From NCBI GenBank assembly GCA_017517705.1, contig JAFWYM010000024.1, positions 9,800-73,799 of the forward strand: a DNA stretch of 64,000 nt, read 5' to 3'. The DNA comes from Alistipes sp. (GTDB taxonomy: Bacteria > Bacteroidota > Bacteroidia > Bacteroidales > Rikenellaceae). Numbering within the stretch: the first letter of the stretch is position 1; every line of letters starts with the position of its first letter. Shown one piece after another: positions 1 through 9,687 of the stretch. The notes beneath the pieces were generated by a model. It saw only the letters and a list, made by a program, of their open reading frames with translations. It was not told where the DNA came from and searched no databases. The position numbers and the translations under genes are program-made.

Positions 1-660
1 GAATTTGATAAATTTGCACGCCTGCACTGCGGCATCAACTCTATGACGATGCACGACTATCGTCGCGACATCACAGGCTACGTGTCGCCCACGATTATCG
101 AGGAGCGCCATCTAAATGTGGCAGCGATGGATGTGTTCTCGCGCCTCATGATGGATCGTATCATCTTCCTTGGCGCGCCCATCTACGACGATGTTGCCAA
201 CATCATACAGGCGCAGCTCTTGTTCCTCGAGTCGGTAGCTGCCGACAAGGATATTCAGCTATATATCAACTCCCCGGGTGGCTCCGTAAGTGCCGGCCTG
301 GGCATCTACGACACCATGCAGCTCATACGACCGGATGTGGCGACTACATGTTCGGGCATGGCGGCATCGATGGGTGCTGTGCTACTCACGGCAGGTGCTG
401 CGGGCAAGCGCGCAGCATTGCCCCACTCGCGCGTGATGATACACCAGCCTCTCGGTGGCGTGCAGGGTCAGGCCTCGGACATCGAGATTACGGCACGCGA
501 GATAGCCAAGACCAAGCGCGAGTTGTACGAGATTCTCGCACATCACTCGGGTGTAGACATCGCAAAAATCGAGGCTGATGCCGACCGTGACTACTGGCTT
601 ACGGCGACGGAGGCTAAGGAGTATGGCCTTATCGACAGCGTACACACAAAGAGAGAGTAA
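1..660 (+). CDS. clpP: ATP-dependent Clp protease proteolytic subunit (5' end probably outside the window)
   Basis: Catalytic motifs GMAASMG, RVMIHQP and DRD. The frame is open from base 1 ([15 protein letters not shown]) and resembles the Bacteroidales ClpP N-terminus, so the ATG at 43 is probably internal. Confidence 0.97.
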   Translation, partial: EFDKFARLHCGINSMTMHDYRRDITGYVSPTIIEERHLNVAAMDVFSRLMMDRIIFLGAPIYDDVANIIQAQLLFLESVAADKDIQLYINSPGGSVSAGLGIYDTMQLIRPDVATTCSGMAASMGAVLLTAGAAGKRAALPHSRVMIHQPLGGVQGQASDIEITAREIAKTKRELYEILAHHSGVDIAKIEADADRDYWLTATEAKEYGLIDSVHTKRE

Positions 661-682
661 TATCACACAACAACGGATATAG

Positions 683-1957
683 ATGACACAGAGATCACGA
701 AAGACAACAGACCATAAAGGCACGCACTGCTCGTTCTGTGGTACCCCCGCTGAGGAGGCTCCATTGATGTTCAATGGTGCTGATGGCTCGTCTATATGCT
801 CCTCGTGTGTGGAGCATGGCTACGAGCTTCTTGTCGAGCACGGCATCGTGGCGGGCGTAGCCAATGGCACAAGGGCTAAGGGGGGTAAGACGACCTCTAA
901 GTTTAAGCCTCTTACGAAGGAGGACCTTGTGCGCCCCGATCGCATCAAGAGCTTCCTCGACGACTACGTCATTGGTCAGGATGCCGCAAAGCGCTATATG
1001 TCTGTGGCGGTGTACAACCACTATAAGAGATTGCTCGCCAAGGGCAAGACCGAGGATGTGGAGTTGGATAAGTCGAATATCGTGCTTGTGGGCCCCACGG
1101 GTACGGGTAAGACGCTTATGGCACGCACCATAGCACGCCTTCTGCACGTGCCCTTCTCTATTGTCGATGCCACGGCACTCACACAGGCAGGATATGTGGG
1201 CGAGGATGTCGAGAGCATACTCTCACGCCTGCTGCAGGCTGCCGACTACGACGTGGAGGCTGCCGAGCGCGGTATCATCTTCATCGACGAGATAGATAAG
1301 ATTGCACGTAAGGGCGACAACCCCTCAATCACGCGCGATGTCTCGGGCGAGGGTGTGCAGCAGGCACTGCTCAAGATTCTCGAGGGCACGGTTGTCAATG
1401 TGCCACCACAGGGTGGCCGTAAGCACCCCGACCAGAAGTATATTCAGGTCGACACGTCGAACATATTGTTCATCTGCGGCGGCGCCTTCGACGGTATCGA
1501 GAAGAAGATTGCTATGCGCCTAAATACCAACGCTATAGGCTATGGCACACAGGCACGCAAGCGTATCGATGAGGATAACATCATGAGCTATATCCAGCCT
1601 CAGGATTTGCGCTCCTTCGGTCTTATCCCCGAGCTTATAGGCCGCCTTCCGGTGCTCACCTATATGGAGCCTTTGGAGCGCGCTGCACTGCGCTCGATAC
1701 TCACCGAGCCGAAGAACTCAATCATACGTCAGTATGAGACACTTATGGCTTTGGACGATATAAAGCTCACGTTTGACGATGATGTCCTCGATTATATCGT
1801 CGATAAGGCTATCGAATTTAAGCTCGGCGCACGTGGCTTGCGCTCTATCTGCGAGGCTATCATGATGGATGTTATGTTCGATATGCCCGAGGGCGATGCT
1901 AAGGAGTTCCGCGTAACGCTCGACTACGCCAAGTCGAAGATCGACAAGTCGGCATAA
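683..1957 (+). CDS. clpX: ATP-dependent Clp protease ATP-binding subunit ClpX
   Basis: N-terminal C4 zinc finger (CSFC...CSSC), Walker A GPTGTGKT, Walker [30 protein letters not shown]; directly follows clpP. Confidence 0.98.
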   Translation: MTQRSRKTTDHKGTHCSFCGTPAEEAPLMFNGADGSSICSSCVEHGYELLVEHGIVAGVANGTRAKGGKTTSKFKPLTKEDLVRPDRIKSFLDDYVIGQDAAKRYMSVAVYNHYKRLLAKGKTEDVELDKSNIVLVGPTGTGKTLMARTIARLLHVPFSIVDATALTQAGYVGEDVESILSRLLQAADYDVEAAERGIIFIDEIDKIARKGDNPSITRDVSGEGVQQALLKILEGTVVNVPPQGGRKHPDQKYIQVDTSNILFICGGAFDGIEKKIAMRLNTNAIGYGTQARKRIDEDNIMSYIQPQDLRSFGLIPELIGRLPVLTYMEPLERAALRSILTEPKNSIIRQYETLMALDDIKLTFDDDVLDYIVDKAIEFKLGARGLRSICEAIMMDVMFDMPEGDAKEFRVTLDYAKSKIDKSA

Positions 1958-1966
1958 TGCACAGTT

Positions 1967-2010
1967 ACATAACAAAATAGGCTGCCTATGGGCAGCCTAT
2001 TTTGTTATGT
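1967..2010. terminator. Bidirectional intrinsic terminator between clpX and nhaD
   Basis: Perfect 20-bp inverted repeat ACATAACAAAATAGGCTGCC / GGCAGCCTATTTTGTTATGT with a 4-nt loop, between convergent genes. Confidence 0.9.
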
Positions 2011-2021
2011 GTCTAACGCCT

Positions 2022-3395
2022 TTAGAACAGCAGCGAGTATACCAATACGCCGGCAAAGAAGCCCAGAAGCACGATGGGCGTGAAGCGCTTGAGGTAGTAG
2101 CCAAACGATATCTTCTCCATACCCATAACCGTAACGCCCGCAGCCGAGCCGATGATAAGGATGCTACCGCCACATACGGCACTGTAGGCCAGAAGTGTCC
2201 AGAATGAGCTATCGGCAGCAAAGACACCGACATCTGCAAGTGGGTACATACCCATCGTTGCCGACACCAATGCCACGTTGTCGAGGAACGACGACAGCAC
2301 ACCGAGCGTGACAGCAATCATATCCGGATTTGTGAAGGTGTCGCTGAGGAAGTTCGCGAGGATGGCGAGCTCGCCCGTGACGATAAGCGCCTGAACAGAC
2401 ATAAGGATGCCGAGGAAGAAGAATACCGTGCTAACATCTACACGCGCAAATGAGCGGTGTACGCGCAGGTTCTGCGTAGCCTCATCCTCCGCATCGGCAT
2501 ACTTTCTATCCGTGATGACCCACAGCGCAACTAAACCAAGCAGCACGCCCATATATGGAGGCAGCTGTATAAGTGTCTGCAATACGGGTACTAATGCCAA
2601 CGATCCGAGGCCCACGTAGAGCACCATCTTACGCATCTTTGGGCTTACGTTTGACTGCGCACCATCGTTATCCGCAAGAGGCGTAGCCATAGCCTCCTTT
2701 GGGAGCATAAACGTGGCGCACACAAGCGGCACAAGGAGCATCGCCATAGAAGGAAGGATGAGCGAGCTTATCTGATGTGCGGCAGTAATGTTGCCACCGG
2801 TCCAGAGCAGCAGCGTGGTGACATCACCGATAGGTGAGCAGCTACCACCAGCATTGGCAGCAATGATAATCATAGAGCTGAACAACAGTCGCTTATCGCG
2901 CTCGGGGATAAGCTTGCGGGCGATGGCAATCATGACGATGACAGTCGCAAGATTGCCCAAGAGTATCGACATCAGGAATGTGATGGCGCACAAGATCCAG
3001 AGGAGCTTGCGCAGGCGTCCGGCGCGTATCGACTGCGATATTATGCCGAAGCCTCCATGTGTATCGACAATGTCGATGATGGCCATCGAGCCGAGGACGA
3101 AGAAGAGTGTCGTGGCCACATCGCCGAGGCCGTGCATAAGCTTAAACTCTATAAACTCGAATGCCAAGTCGCTCGAGGGCACCTCGCCCAACGCGGGGAA
3201 GGTGGCGCGTAGGAGGTCAAGGTTGGCGTGAGGGGCGAGCTCGAAGAATTGCTCGGCGTTGAGAAGGAATATGACCCATAGGAGGATGGACATACCCACG
3301 GCTGTCGCCGCCTTGTTGATCTTAATCACATCCTCGAAGGCAATAGCCAAGATGCCGAGGATGAAGATTACGGGCATTAAGTAGTAAAAAAACAT
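2022..3395 (-). CDS. nhaD: NhaD-family Na+/H+ antiporter (IT superfamily)
   Basis: About 12 hydrophobic segments; AANAGGSCSPIGDVTT, SSFLDNVALV and GGSILIIGSAAGV motifs. Confidence 0.85.
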   Translation of the reverse strand: MFFYYLMPVIFILGILAIAFEDVIKINKAATAVGMSILLWVIFLLNAEQFFELAPHANLDLLRATFPALGEVPSSDLAFEFIEFKLMHGLGDVATTLFFVLGSMAIIDIVDTHGGFGIISQSIRAGRLRKLLWILCAITFLMSILLGNLATVIVMIAIARKLIPERDKRLLFSSMIIIAANAGGSCSPIGDVTTLLLWTGGNITAAHQISSLILPSMAMLLVPLVCATFMLPKEAMATPLADNDGAQSNVSPKMRKMVLYVGLGSLALVPVLQTLIQLPPYMGVLLGLVALWVITDRKYADAEDEATQNLRVHRSFARVDVSTVFFFLGILMSVQALIVTGELAILANFLSDTFTNPDMIAVTLGVLSSFLDNVALVSATMGMYPLADVGVFAADSSFWTLLAYSAVCGGSILIIGSAAGVTVMGMEKISFGYYLKRFTPIVLLGFFAGVLVYSLLF

Positions 3396-3519
3396 AGACC
3401 TAATCTTTTATATTCACAAATATGTTTTACATGGTCACAAAAGTAGTTGTTTTTTATGAAAAAACAAGCATGGATATTCGATTATTTATTTTTCCGTTGA
3501 TTATTCCATCGTTTTTCAG

Positions 3520-3527
3520 TACCTTTG
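3520..3527 (+). promoter_or_regulatory. Bacteroidetes sigma-A -7 element (lysS)
   Basis: TACCTTTG matches TAnnTTTG, 33 nt upstream of the lysS ATG. Confidence 0.7.
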
Positions 3528-3560
3528 TCGCATTGAATATATAAATTTAAACGACATACT

Positions 3561-5294
3561 ATGAACATCGAACTCAGTGAACAGGAAGTATTGCGCCGCC
3601 AGTCGCTCAAGGCGTTGCGCGAGCTCGGCATCAATCCGTACCCCGCAGCACGCTACGAGGTAACTGCAAGCGCTAAGGAGATTGCCGAGAACTTCGACCC
3701 CGCGAAGGGTAACTATCAGGAGGTATCTATCGCCGGCCGTATCATGAGCCGCCGCATCATGGGCTCGGCATCGTTCTTCGAGCTGCAGGATGCCACAGGG
3801 CGTATTCAGGTATACATCCGCCGCGACGATATATGTCCCGAGGGCGATCCCACGCTCTACAACACAGTGTTTAAGAAGCTTCTCGACATCGGCGACTTTA
3901 TCGGTGTGGAGGGCTTCGCTTTCCATACCAACACGGGCGAGCTATCGGTACACTGCCGTAAGTTCACCGTACTCTCGAAGTCGGTACGTCCCCTGCCTGT
4001 CGTTAAGCAGAAGGATGGACAGACATTCGATGCTCTCACCGACCCCGAGGTACGCTATCGTCAGCGTTATCTCGACCTTGTGGTTAATCCTCATGTGAAG
4101 GAGACCTTCCTCAAGCGTGCCAAGATCATGCAGACGATGCGCGACTTCTTCAACGAGCGTGGCTACCTCGAGGTGGAGACTCCCATCCTCCAGCCCATAC
4201 CCGGAGGTGCTGCAGCACGCCCCTTCATCACACACCACAACGCCTTGGACATCGACTTCTACATGCGAATAGCTACGGAGCTATATTTGAAGCGCCTTAT
4301 TGTTGGTGGCTTCGATGGTGTCTACGAGTTCGGCAAGAACTTCCGCAACGAGGGCATGGATCGCACGCACAACCCCGAGTTTACGTGCATGGAGATATAT
4401 GTGGCGTACAAGGACTACATCTGGATGCAGGAGTTCACCGAGCAGATGTTGGAGCGCGTGGCTACGGCCGTGAACGGCACGACGGATGTTGTCATCGAGG
4501 GTAAGACAATCTCGTTCAAGGCTCCCTTCAAGCGTGTGACTATGACCGATGCCATACGCGAGAAGACGGGCTACGACATCACCGGACAGACCGAAGAGCA
4601 GCTTCGCGAGGCTTGTAAGCGCCTCAAAGTGGAGATTGACGAGACGATGGGTAAGGGTAAGCTTATCGATGCCATCTTTGGCCAGTACTGCGAGGGCGAC
4701 CTTATACAGCCCACCTTCGTTACGGACTATCCCATCGAGATGTCGCCACTATGCAAGCGCCACCGCGACAACGAGGATCTCACCGAGCGTTTCGAGCTCT
4801 TTGTGAATGGTAAGGAGCTTTGCAACGCCTACTCGGAGCTCAACGACCCCATCGACCAGCTTGAGCGCTTCGAGGAGCAGATGCGCCTCTCGGAGAAGGG
4901 TGACGACGAGGCTATGGTCATCGACATGGACTTCGTGCGTGCCTTGGAGTATGGCATGCCCTCATGCTCGGGTATGGGTATCGGCATAGACCGTCTCACG
5001 ATGTTTATGACGGGCGAGACATCTATTCAGGACGTGTTGTTCTTCCCGACGATGCGTCCCGAGAAGAAGGTTGTCGCCGACGATGAGGCGGTATACACTG
5101 CTGCGGGCATCCCTGCAGAGTGGGTTGCTACGATTCAGAAGATGGGCTACATCACCCTTGAGTCATTCAAGAATACAGCAGTAACGGATGGCATGAAGCT
5201 CTTCAACGACCTCTGTGGCTTCAACAAGAAGAACAAGCTGGGTCTTGCAACTGCTGAGATTAAGGCGTGGATCGAGAGCAACAAGGAGGCGTAA
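3561..5294 (+). CDS. lysS: Lysine--tRNA ligase (class II) with Bacteroidales C-terminal extension
   Basis: OB-fold (VSIAGRIMSRR), YRQRYLDL, EVETPIL, FRNEGMDRTHNPEFT, GMGIGIDRL; about 70 extra C-terminal residues (DUF4332-like, from memory). Confidence 0.98.
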   Translation: MNIELSEQEVLRRQSLKALRELGINPYPAARYEVTASAKEIAENFDPAKGNYQEVSIAGRIMSRRIMGSASFFELQDATGRIQVYIRRDDICPEGDPTLYNTVFKKLLDIGDFIGVEGFAFHTNTGELSVHCRKFTVLSKSVRPLPVVKQKDGQTFDALTDPEVRYRQRYLDLVVNPHVKETFLKRAKIMQTMRDFFNERGYLEVETPILQPIPGGAAARPFITHHNALDIDFYMRIATELYLKRLIVGGFDGVYEFGKNFRNEGMDRTHNPEFTCMEIYVAYKDYIWMQEFTEQMLERVATAVNGTTDVVIEGKTISFKAPFKRVTMTDAIREKTGYDITGQTEEQLREACKRLKVEIDETMGKGKLIDAIFGQYCEGDLIQPTFVTDYPIEMSPLCKRHRDNEDLTERFELFVNGKELCNAYSELNDPIDQLERFEEQMRLSEKGDDEAMVIDMDFVRALEYGMPSCSGMGIGIDRLTMFMTGETSIQDVLFFPTMRPEKKVVADDEAVYTAAGIPAEWVATIQKMGYITLESFKNTAVTDGMKLFNDLCGFNKKNKLGLATAEIKAWIESNKEA

Positions 5295-5305
5295 AGATCT
5301 CCCTA

Positions 5306-5406
5306 ATGCAGGAAGATAGCAACATTGTAATATAACAGCCACCGATGGCGAGACGCTGATAGACGTCCGCCTCGAGGGGGATACTGTGTGGCTATCACGG
5401 TATTAA
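5306..5406 (+). pseudogene. Decayed N-terminal fragment of a RhuM-like (virulence RhuM family) gene
   Basis: ATG at 5306 gives MQEDSNIVI*Q; after a one-base frameshift it reads ATDGETLIDVRLEGDTVWLSRY*. This resembles the RhuM N-terminal pattern I(V)IYQ..DG.T.I.VRLE.(D/E)TVWL, recalled from memory. Confidence 0.6.
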
Positions 5407-5436
5407 CATAACAACTAAATTTAACATTATACGATT

Positions 5437-6192
5437 ATGAGAAAGAAGATTGTAGCAGGTAACTGGAAGATGAACACTCTCCCTGCTGAGGGTGTAGAGC
5501 TCGCCAAGGGTGTAGCTGCCGGTCGTGGTGAGGTGTGCGAGTGCGTAAACTTTATCGTATGTCCCCCCTTCACACACCTGCATAGTGTTATAGAGACGCT
5601 TAAGGGTACGAACATCGCTGTGGGTGCTCAGGATTGTGCTACCGAAGCTAAGGGTGCTTATACGGGCGAGGTTGCAGCCTCGATGATTGCTGCTCTCGGT
5701 TGTAAATATGTAATTCTCGGACACTCGGAGCGCCGCCAGTACTATGGCGAGACGTCGGAGACGCTCAACAAGAAGATGGCGCGCGCATACGAGAACAACC
5801 TCATCCCCATCTACTGCGTTGGCGAGAACCTCGACGAGCGCGAGGCAGGTCGTCACTTCGACGTCGTTAAGCAGCAGATCGAGGAGGTGGTATTCAACCT
5901 TAGCGAGGAGCAGTTTGCTACGCTTGTCATCGCCTACGAGCCCGTGTGGGCTATCGGCACAGGCAAGACCGCTACGGCAGAGCAGGCCGAGGAGATTCAC
6001 GCCTACATCCGCGAGGTGTTGCGCTCGAAGTTTGGCGCTGCAGCCGAGGAGTGCTCGATACTCTATGGTGGCTCATGCAAGCCCTCAAATGCCGGCGAGA
6101 TATTTTCTAAGGAGAATGTCGATGGCGGCCTTATTGGAGGTGCAGCACTTAGGGCTGAGGACTTCCTTGCCATAGGTAAGGCATTCAACTAA
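5437..6192 (+). CDS. tpiA: Triosephosphate isomerase
   Basis: VAGNWKMN, GHSERR, AYEPVWAIGTG, LYGGS, GGLIGGA. Confidence 0.99.
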   Translation: MRKKIVAGNWKMNTLPAEGVELAKGVAAGRGEVCECVNFIVCPPFTHLHSVIETLKGTNIAVGAQDCATEAKGAYTGEVAASMIAALGCKYVILGHSERRQYYGETSETLNKKMARAYENNLIPIYCVGENLDEREAGRHFDVVKQQIEEVVFNLSEEQFATLVIAYEPVWAIGTGKTATAEQAEEIHAYIREVLRSKFGAAAEECSILYGGSCKPSNAGEIFSKENVDGGLIGGAALRAEDFLAIGKAFN

Positions 6193-6212
6193 GGGTTGCA
6201 ATACAAATTTTC

Positions 6213-6250
6213 AGGGCTGACTTAATTATTTTTAAGTCAGCCCTTTTATT
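6213..6250. terminator. Intrinsic terminator between convergent tpiA and recO
   Basis: 13-bp inverted repeat AGGGCTGACTTAA / TTAAGTCAGCCCT followed by a T-run. Confidence 0.85.
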
Positions 6251-6266
6251 ATTATGGTAATGATTA

Positions 6267-6995
6267 TTAAAATACCTCTTGTAGGATGCGTAGCGACTCT
6301 ACCGTTTTGATGGACTCGAGGTGGTAGGCGTAGTACTTGAGCATCGCAGCAAGGAACTCCACGCGCTCGGTGCGGTTAAGGCCTATCTCACCGAGATAGC
6401 GTACATCGCACTCGAGCATATCGTGCAGGATGCGGGCATTCTCGGGCGTGAGGGCTGCACTCGGCATAAGGGCATAGGGGGTGAAGTGGCCATCGCGTAT
6501 ATCGAGCCATGCACCTTCGTGGTACTCATTGTCGGGCGAGAAGCCGAGGGGACGGCTGAGGTTGGCGAGAAACCATAGGTGGAAGTTGGCGATGCCCTCC
6601 TCCAGAGCATCGAGCGCCGCCACCGAGCCCCACACAAAGTCGAAGAGCCCCTCTGCGGGCTCACTCTCACGCACAAGACGGTAGAGCACCTCTGCCATGA
6701 AGAGCGCCATCGTCGACTTGCGCACATCGAAGGGTGTGGTTTGTAGTACGATGCCGGGCACCAGGTCTTTTATCCTGTGCATCGACATCTTCGGCGAGGT
6801 AAGGCCCTCGAACTCAACGGCAAACATAGGCTGTAGCAGCGCCATCTTAGACCCCTTGGCCGTGGGGCGCACACCCTGCACCATATAACTCTGTCGGCCG
6901 CATACGTCGGTGAGCATGTGTACGATAAGCCCCTTCTCGCCATACTTTAGTGTGCCGAGAACTATGCCACGTGCCTTATAACTCTTCATCGCCAT
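6267..6995 (-). CDS. recO: DNA repair protein RecO
   Basis: N-terminal OB-fold pattern GIVLGTLKYGEKGLIVHMLT...GRQSYMV, LQPMFAVEF; C-terminal KTVESLRILQEVF. Confidence 0.9.
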   Translation of the reverse strand: MAMKSYKARGIVLGTLKYGEKGLIVHMLTDVCGRQSYMVQGVRPTAKGSKMALLQPMFAVEFEGLTSPKMSMHRIKDLVPGIVLQTTPFDVRKSTMALFMAEVLYRLVRESEPAEGLFDFVWGSVAALDALEEGIANFHLWFLANLSRPLGFSPDNEYHEGAWLDIRDGHFTPYALMPSAALTPENARILHDMLECDVRYLGEIGLNRTERVEFLAAMLKYYAYHLESIKTVESLRILQEVF

Positions 6996-7057
6996 GTGCC
7001 GAACTACTTCTTAATTATTAATTACTTGTTACTAATTACTATTGGTGCGATGATTAT

Positions 7058-7266
7058 TGATTTTCTGGTGCTATGCACCTTCATCACAATAAAGCGTAGC
7101 ATTTTTCAAGCGAGCATGAAGTGCTACGCTTTATTGTGATGCTACCACGGTAGCAGAAAATCAAAACTCCAACTTACTATGCGTCTATATTTTATATATT
7201 TTATATTTACATTCCCCCTAAATCCCCCTTTGTCAAAGGGGGACTTGTGGCAAGGCGTTGCCTTGC
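7058..7266. repeat. Palindromic intergenic element, copy A (four-way-junction hairpin, 46-bp conserved hairpin, small hairpin)
   Basis: Outer stem 7058-7067/7154-7163, central 19-bp stem 7083-7101/7122-7140 and two side hairpins; 7201-7246 is nearly identical to 50338-50382. Confidence 0.75.
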
Positions 7267-7384
7267 ACACCTAAAGGTGTCAATTTAAATTGATAAAAAC
7301 AAAGAACACTTGTAATTAATTTATATTTAACAAATTAACAGTGGTGTTACAGAATTTATAGCATCAGTAGTAATTACTAATTAT

Positions 7385-8872
7385 TTACTCGTTGGGTTCG
7401 TGCCAGCGGCCATCGGCACGTATTATATCTATAAGGTGGTCGAGGGCGTCGCGCTGGTGTATGTTGCGCTCCACAACCTCGCGGCCGCGGTAGAGTGTTA
7501 TATGCTCGGGCGAGGAGCCCACATATCCGTAGTCGGCATCGGCCATCTCACCCGGGCCGTTTACTATGCAGCCCATGACACCAATCTTGAGATCCTTGAG
7601 GTGCGACGTGCGCGCCTTGATCTCCGCAAGCGTAGACTGTATGTCGTAGAGCGTGCGGCCACAACTCGGGCAGGCGATGTACTCCGTGCGCGAGAAGCGC
7701 AGGCGCGAGGCCTGCAACAACATAAGCTCAATGTCGTTTATCGTCGCTCGATCGATCGTAGGAGCATCAATCCACACGCCATCGGCGAGGCCATCAATAA
7801 GGAGCTGACCCATATCCGCAGCAGCATATATTGCAACGAGGGTGGGATCGCCCTCGACGTATCTGCGACGTAGCACCACAGGGCGACGGTCTGTGCGGTT
7901 GAGTATCGCCGCGCGCCACTCGTGTGTGGGGTTATCCGTGGTAGCATCTATGACAGCGTAATCTTCGGTTATCTCGCTATGCACCACAGGCTTGGCGTTT
8001 GTGCGAGGTGAGAAGCGCACGGGGTTGTACTCCGCGGTGTCGCGCACCTCGAACTCGGCACTGCGCCCCGCATAATACTCCGCAAGAATACGTCCTACGG
8101 GAACCTCATGTTCGGGGTCTTCGGTGAGCGACACGCGCAAAGTGTCGCCTATGCCATCGGCCAGAAGCGCACCGATACCCACGGCACTCTTAATGCGTCC
8201 CTCGATGCCATCGCCCGCCTCTGTAACACCGAGGTGTAGGGGGTAGTCCATGCCCTCCCTGTCCATCGCTGCGACAAGCAGACGGTAGGCATGCACCATC
8301 ACGCGCGTGTTGCTCGACTTCATCGACACAACCACATCGTTGAAGTCGGCACGACGACACATTCTTAAAAACTCCATAGCCGAGGCTACCATACCCTCGG
8401 GTGTGTCGCCATACTCGTCAAATATGCGCTTGGCGAGCGAGCCATGGTTTACGCCTATGCGCAGTGCCACACCGCGACGACGGCATATCTCGATAAGTCG
8501 TTCAAGCTCACCATTCGACGTGCGGAAGTTACCAGGGTTGATACGCACCTTATCCACCGCCTCGGCAGCAATCATCGCTATCTCGGGCGTGAAGTGTATG
8601 TCGGCAACGATGGCGGCACGACAGCCTGACGCCTTAAGCTGTTCCATTATCGGAGCGAGAGCCTCACCCTCCTTGCGCCCCTGTGCCGTGAGGCGTACAA
8701 TCTCGGCCCCAGCCGCGGCAATGCTCTCGGTCTGTGCCACGCTACGCTCGACATCCGCCGTTGGGGTATTGGTCATCGACTGCACGGCAATAGGACGATT
8801 ACCACCAATCGTCACACCACCAAACGAGACCTCGCGCGTGAGCCTGCGACTATACTTCAAAACTGTTCCCAT
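7385..8872 (-). CDS. ispG: (E)-4-hydroxy-3-methylbut-2-enyl-diphosphate synthase
   Basis: IAVQSMTNT, VADIHF, RINPGN, RIGVNHGSL, YPLHLGVTEAG, CPSCGRT, VMGCIVNGPGE. Start moved to ATG 8872 because a TAACTTTG promoter (reverse complement at 8896-8903) lies inside the longer ORF. Confidence 0.96.
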   Translation of the reverse strand: MGTVLKYSRRLTREVSFGGVTIGGNRPIAVQSMTNTPTADVERSVAQTESIAAAGAEIVRLTAQGRKEGEALAPIMEQLKASGCRAAIVADIHFTPEIAMIAAEAVDKVRINPGNFRTSNGELERLIEICRRRGVALRIGVNHGSLAKRIFDEYGDTPEGMVASAMEFLRMCRRADFNDVVVSMKSSNTRVMVHAYRLLVAAMDREGMDYPLHLGVTEAGDGIEGRIKSAVGIGALLADGIGDTLRVSLTEDPEHEVPVGRILAEYYAGRSAEFEVRDTAEYNPVRFSPRTNAKPVVHSEITEDYAVIDATTDNPTHEWRAAILNRTDRRPVVLRRRYVEGDPTLVAIYAAADMGQLLIDGLADGVWIDAPTIDRATINDIELMLLQASRLRFSRTEYIACPSCGRTLYDIQSTLAEIKARTSHLKDLKIGVMGCIVNGPGEMADADYGYVGSSPEHITLYRGREVVERNIHQRDALDHLIDIIRADGRWHEPNE

Positions 8873-9130
8873 AGATACTTCATTTTTAAGTAATGCAAAG
8901 TTAACGCTTTTTTGCAAAATATACACCACACAAAACGCACAAAGAGCCATCTCGTTGATTATCAGCAAATTAAAGTCCGCCCAAAACACATCATCGTAAC
9001 ACGCTGAAAATCAACGTGTTGAAAAATTAACAAAATTACAATTTATAACTCATTGATAATCAAGTATGTTTACACCGTGTCGCTGAAAAAATAGAGGGTC
9101 AAATATTTGGAGCAAAGCACCTCTATAGTG

Positions 9131-9138
9131 TAATTTTG
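9131..9138 (+). promoter_or_regulatory. Bacteroidetes -7 element for the CY-lipoprotein / rSAM-A operon
   Basis: TAATTTTG matches TAnnTTTG, 29 nt upstream of ATG 9168. Confidence 0.6.
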
Positions 9139-9167
9139 CAATAGGAAAACTATCCAATATCTCAATT

Positions 9168-9686
9168 ATGAAAAAGACAATTATACTTATCGGTTTAGGT
9201 GCGGCCTTCGTTGCGGTATCGGCGTGGGTAGCACTTAGTGGCGGGCGTAGCGCACGTGCCGTGCGCACGAAGTTCCGCTTAGGTGGTGCGATACTTACGA
9301 TTACGAGCGCCCTCACAGCGGCAAGCTGCGAAGGAGGCATTGGGGGCTTTATAACCTCCTGCTACGACCCAGTGATGCCACCACGCAATATGGTGTATGC
9401 CGACACAAAGATCGGCACCGAGCTACGTAATGGCGACATTGTCCCCATCACCATCTACAGCGAGTTTGCATCGGAGGGGTATATCTCACTCGAAAGCATA
9501 GAGGGCAAAGAGTTGCAGAGCTTAACTATTACACTGCCCGGAGATGGTGAGCACGACACCGTAGAGTTCACCATTGCTGTGGGCGACTATCGCGGTGAGG
9601 CCAAGTTGAAATCCTCATGCCAAGAGTGGGCGGACGACAAGGAGAACATACAGAGTGGCAGTATTGACATCGTAATAGTGGATTAA
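9168..9686 (+). CDS. Hypothetical membrane protein or lipoprotein with a TSCYDP motif; putative radical SAM substrate
   Basis: N-terminal hydrophobic helix, a basic stretch (RSARAVRTKFR), a second hydrophobic stretch ending in lipobox-like AASC, then ITSCYDPVMPP; 1 nt from the rSAM gene. Confidence 0.7.
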   Translation: MKKTIILIGLGAAFVAVSAWVALSGGRSARAVRTKFRLGGAILTITSALTAASCEGGIGGFITSCYDPVMPPRNMVYADTKIGTELRNGDIVPITIYSEFASEGYISLESIEGKELQSLTITLPGDGEHDTVEFTIAVGDYRGEAKLKSSCQEWADDKENIQSGSIDIVIVD

Positions 9687-9687
9687 T

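Noticed and set aside
7385-8989. Extended N-termini from the ORF track (ispG 8989; also dfx 41730, fusA2 54566, gldE 58206, dxs 31617, hydrolase 23570)
   Set aside because: The extensions run through promoter, intergenic or neighbouring-gene DNA and add sequence with no family resemblance; downstream ATGs fit better.
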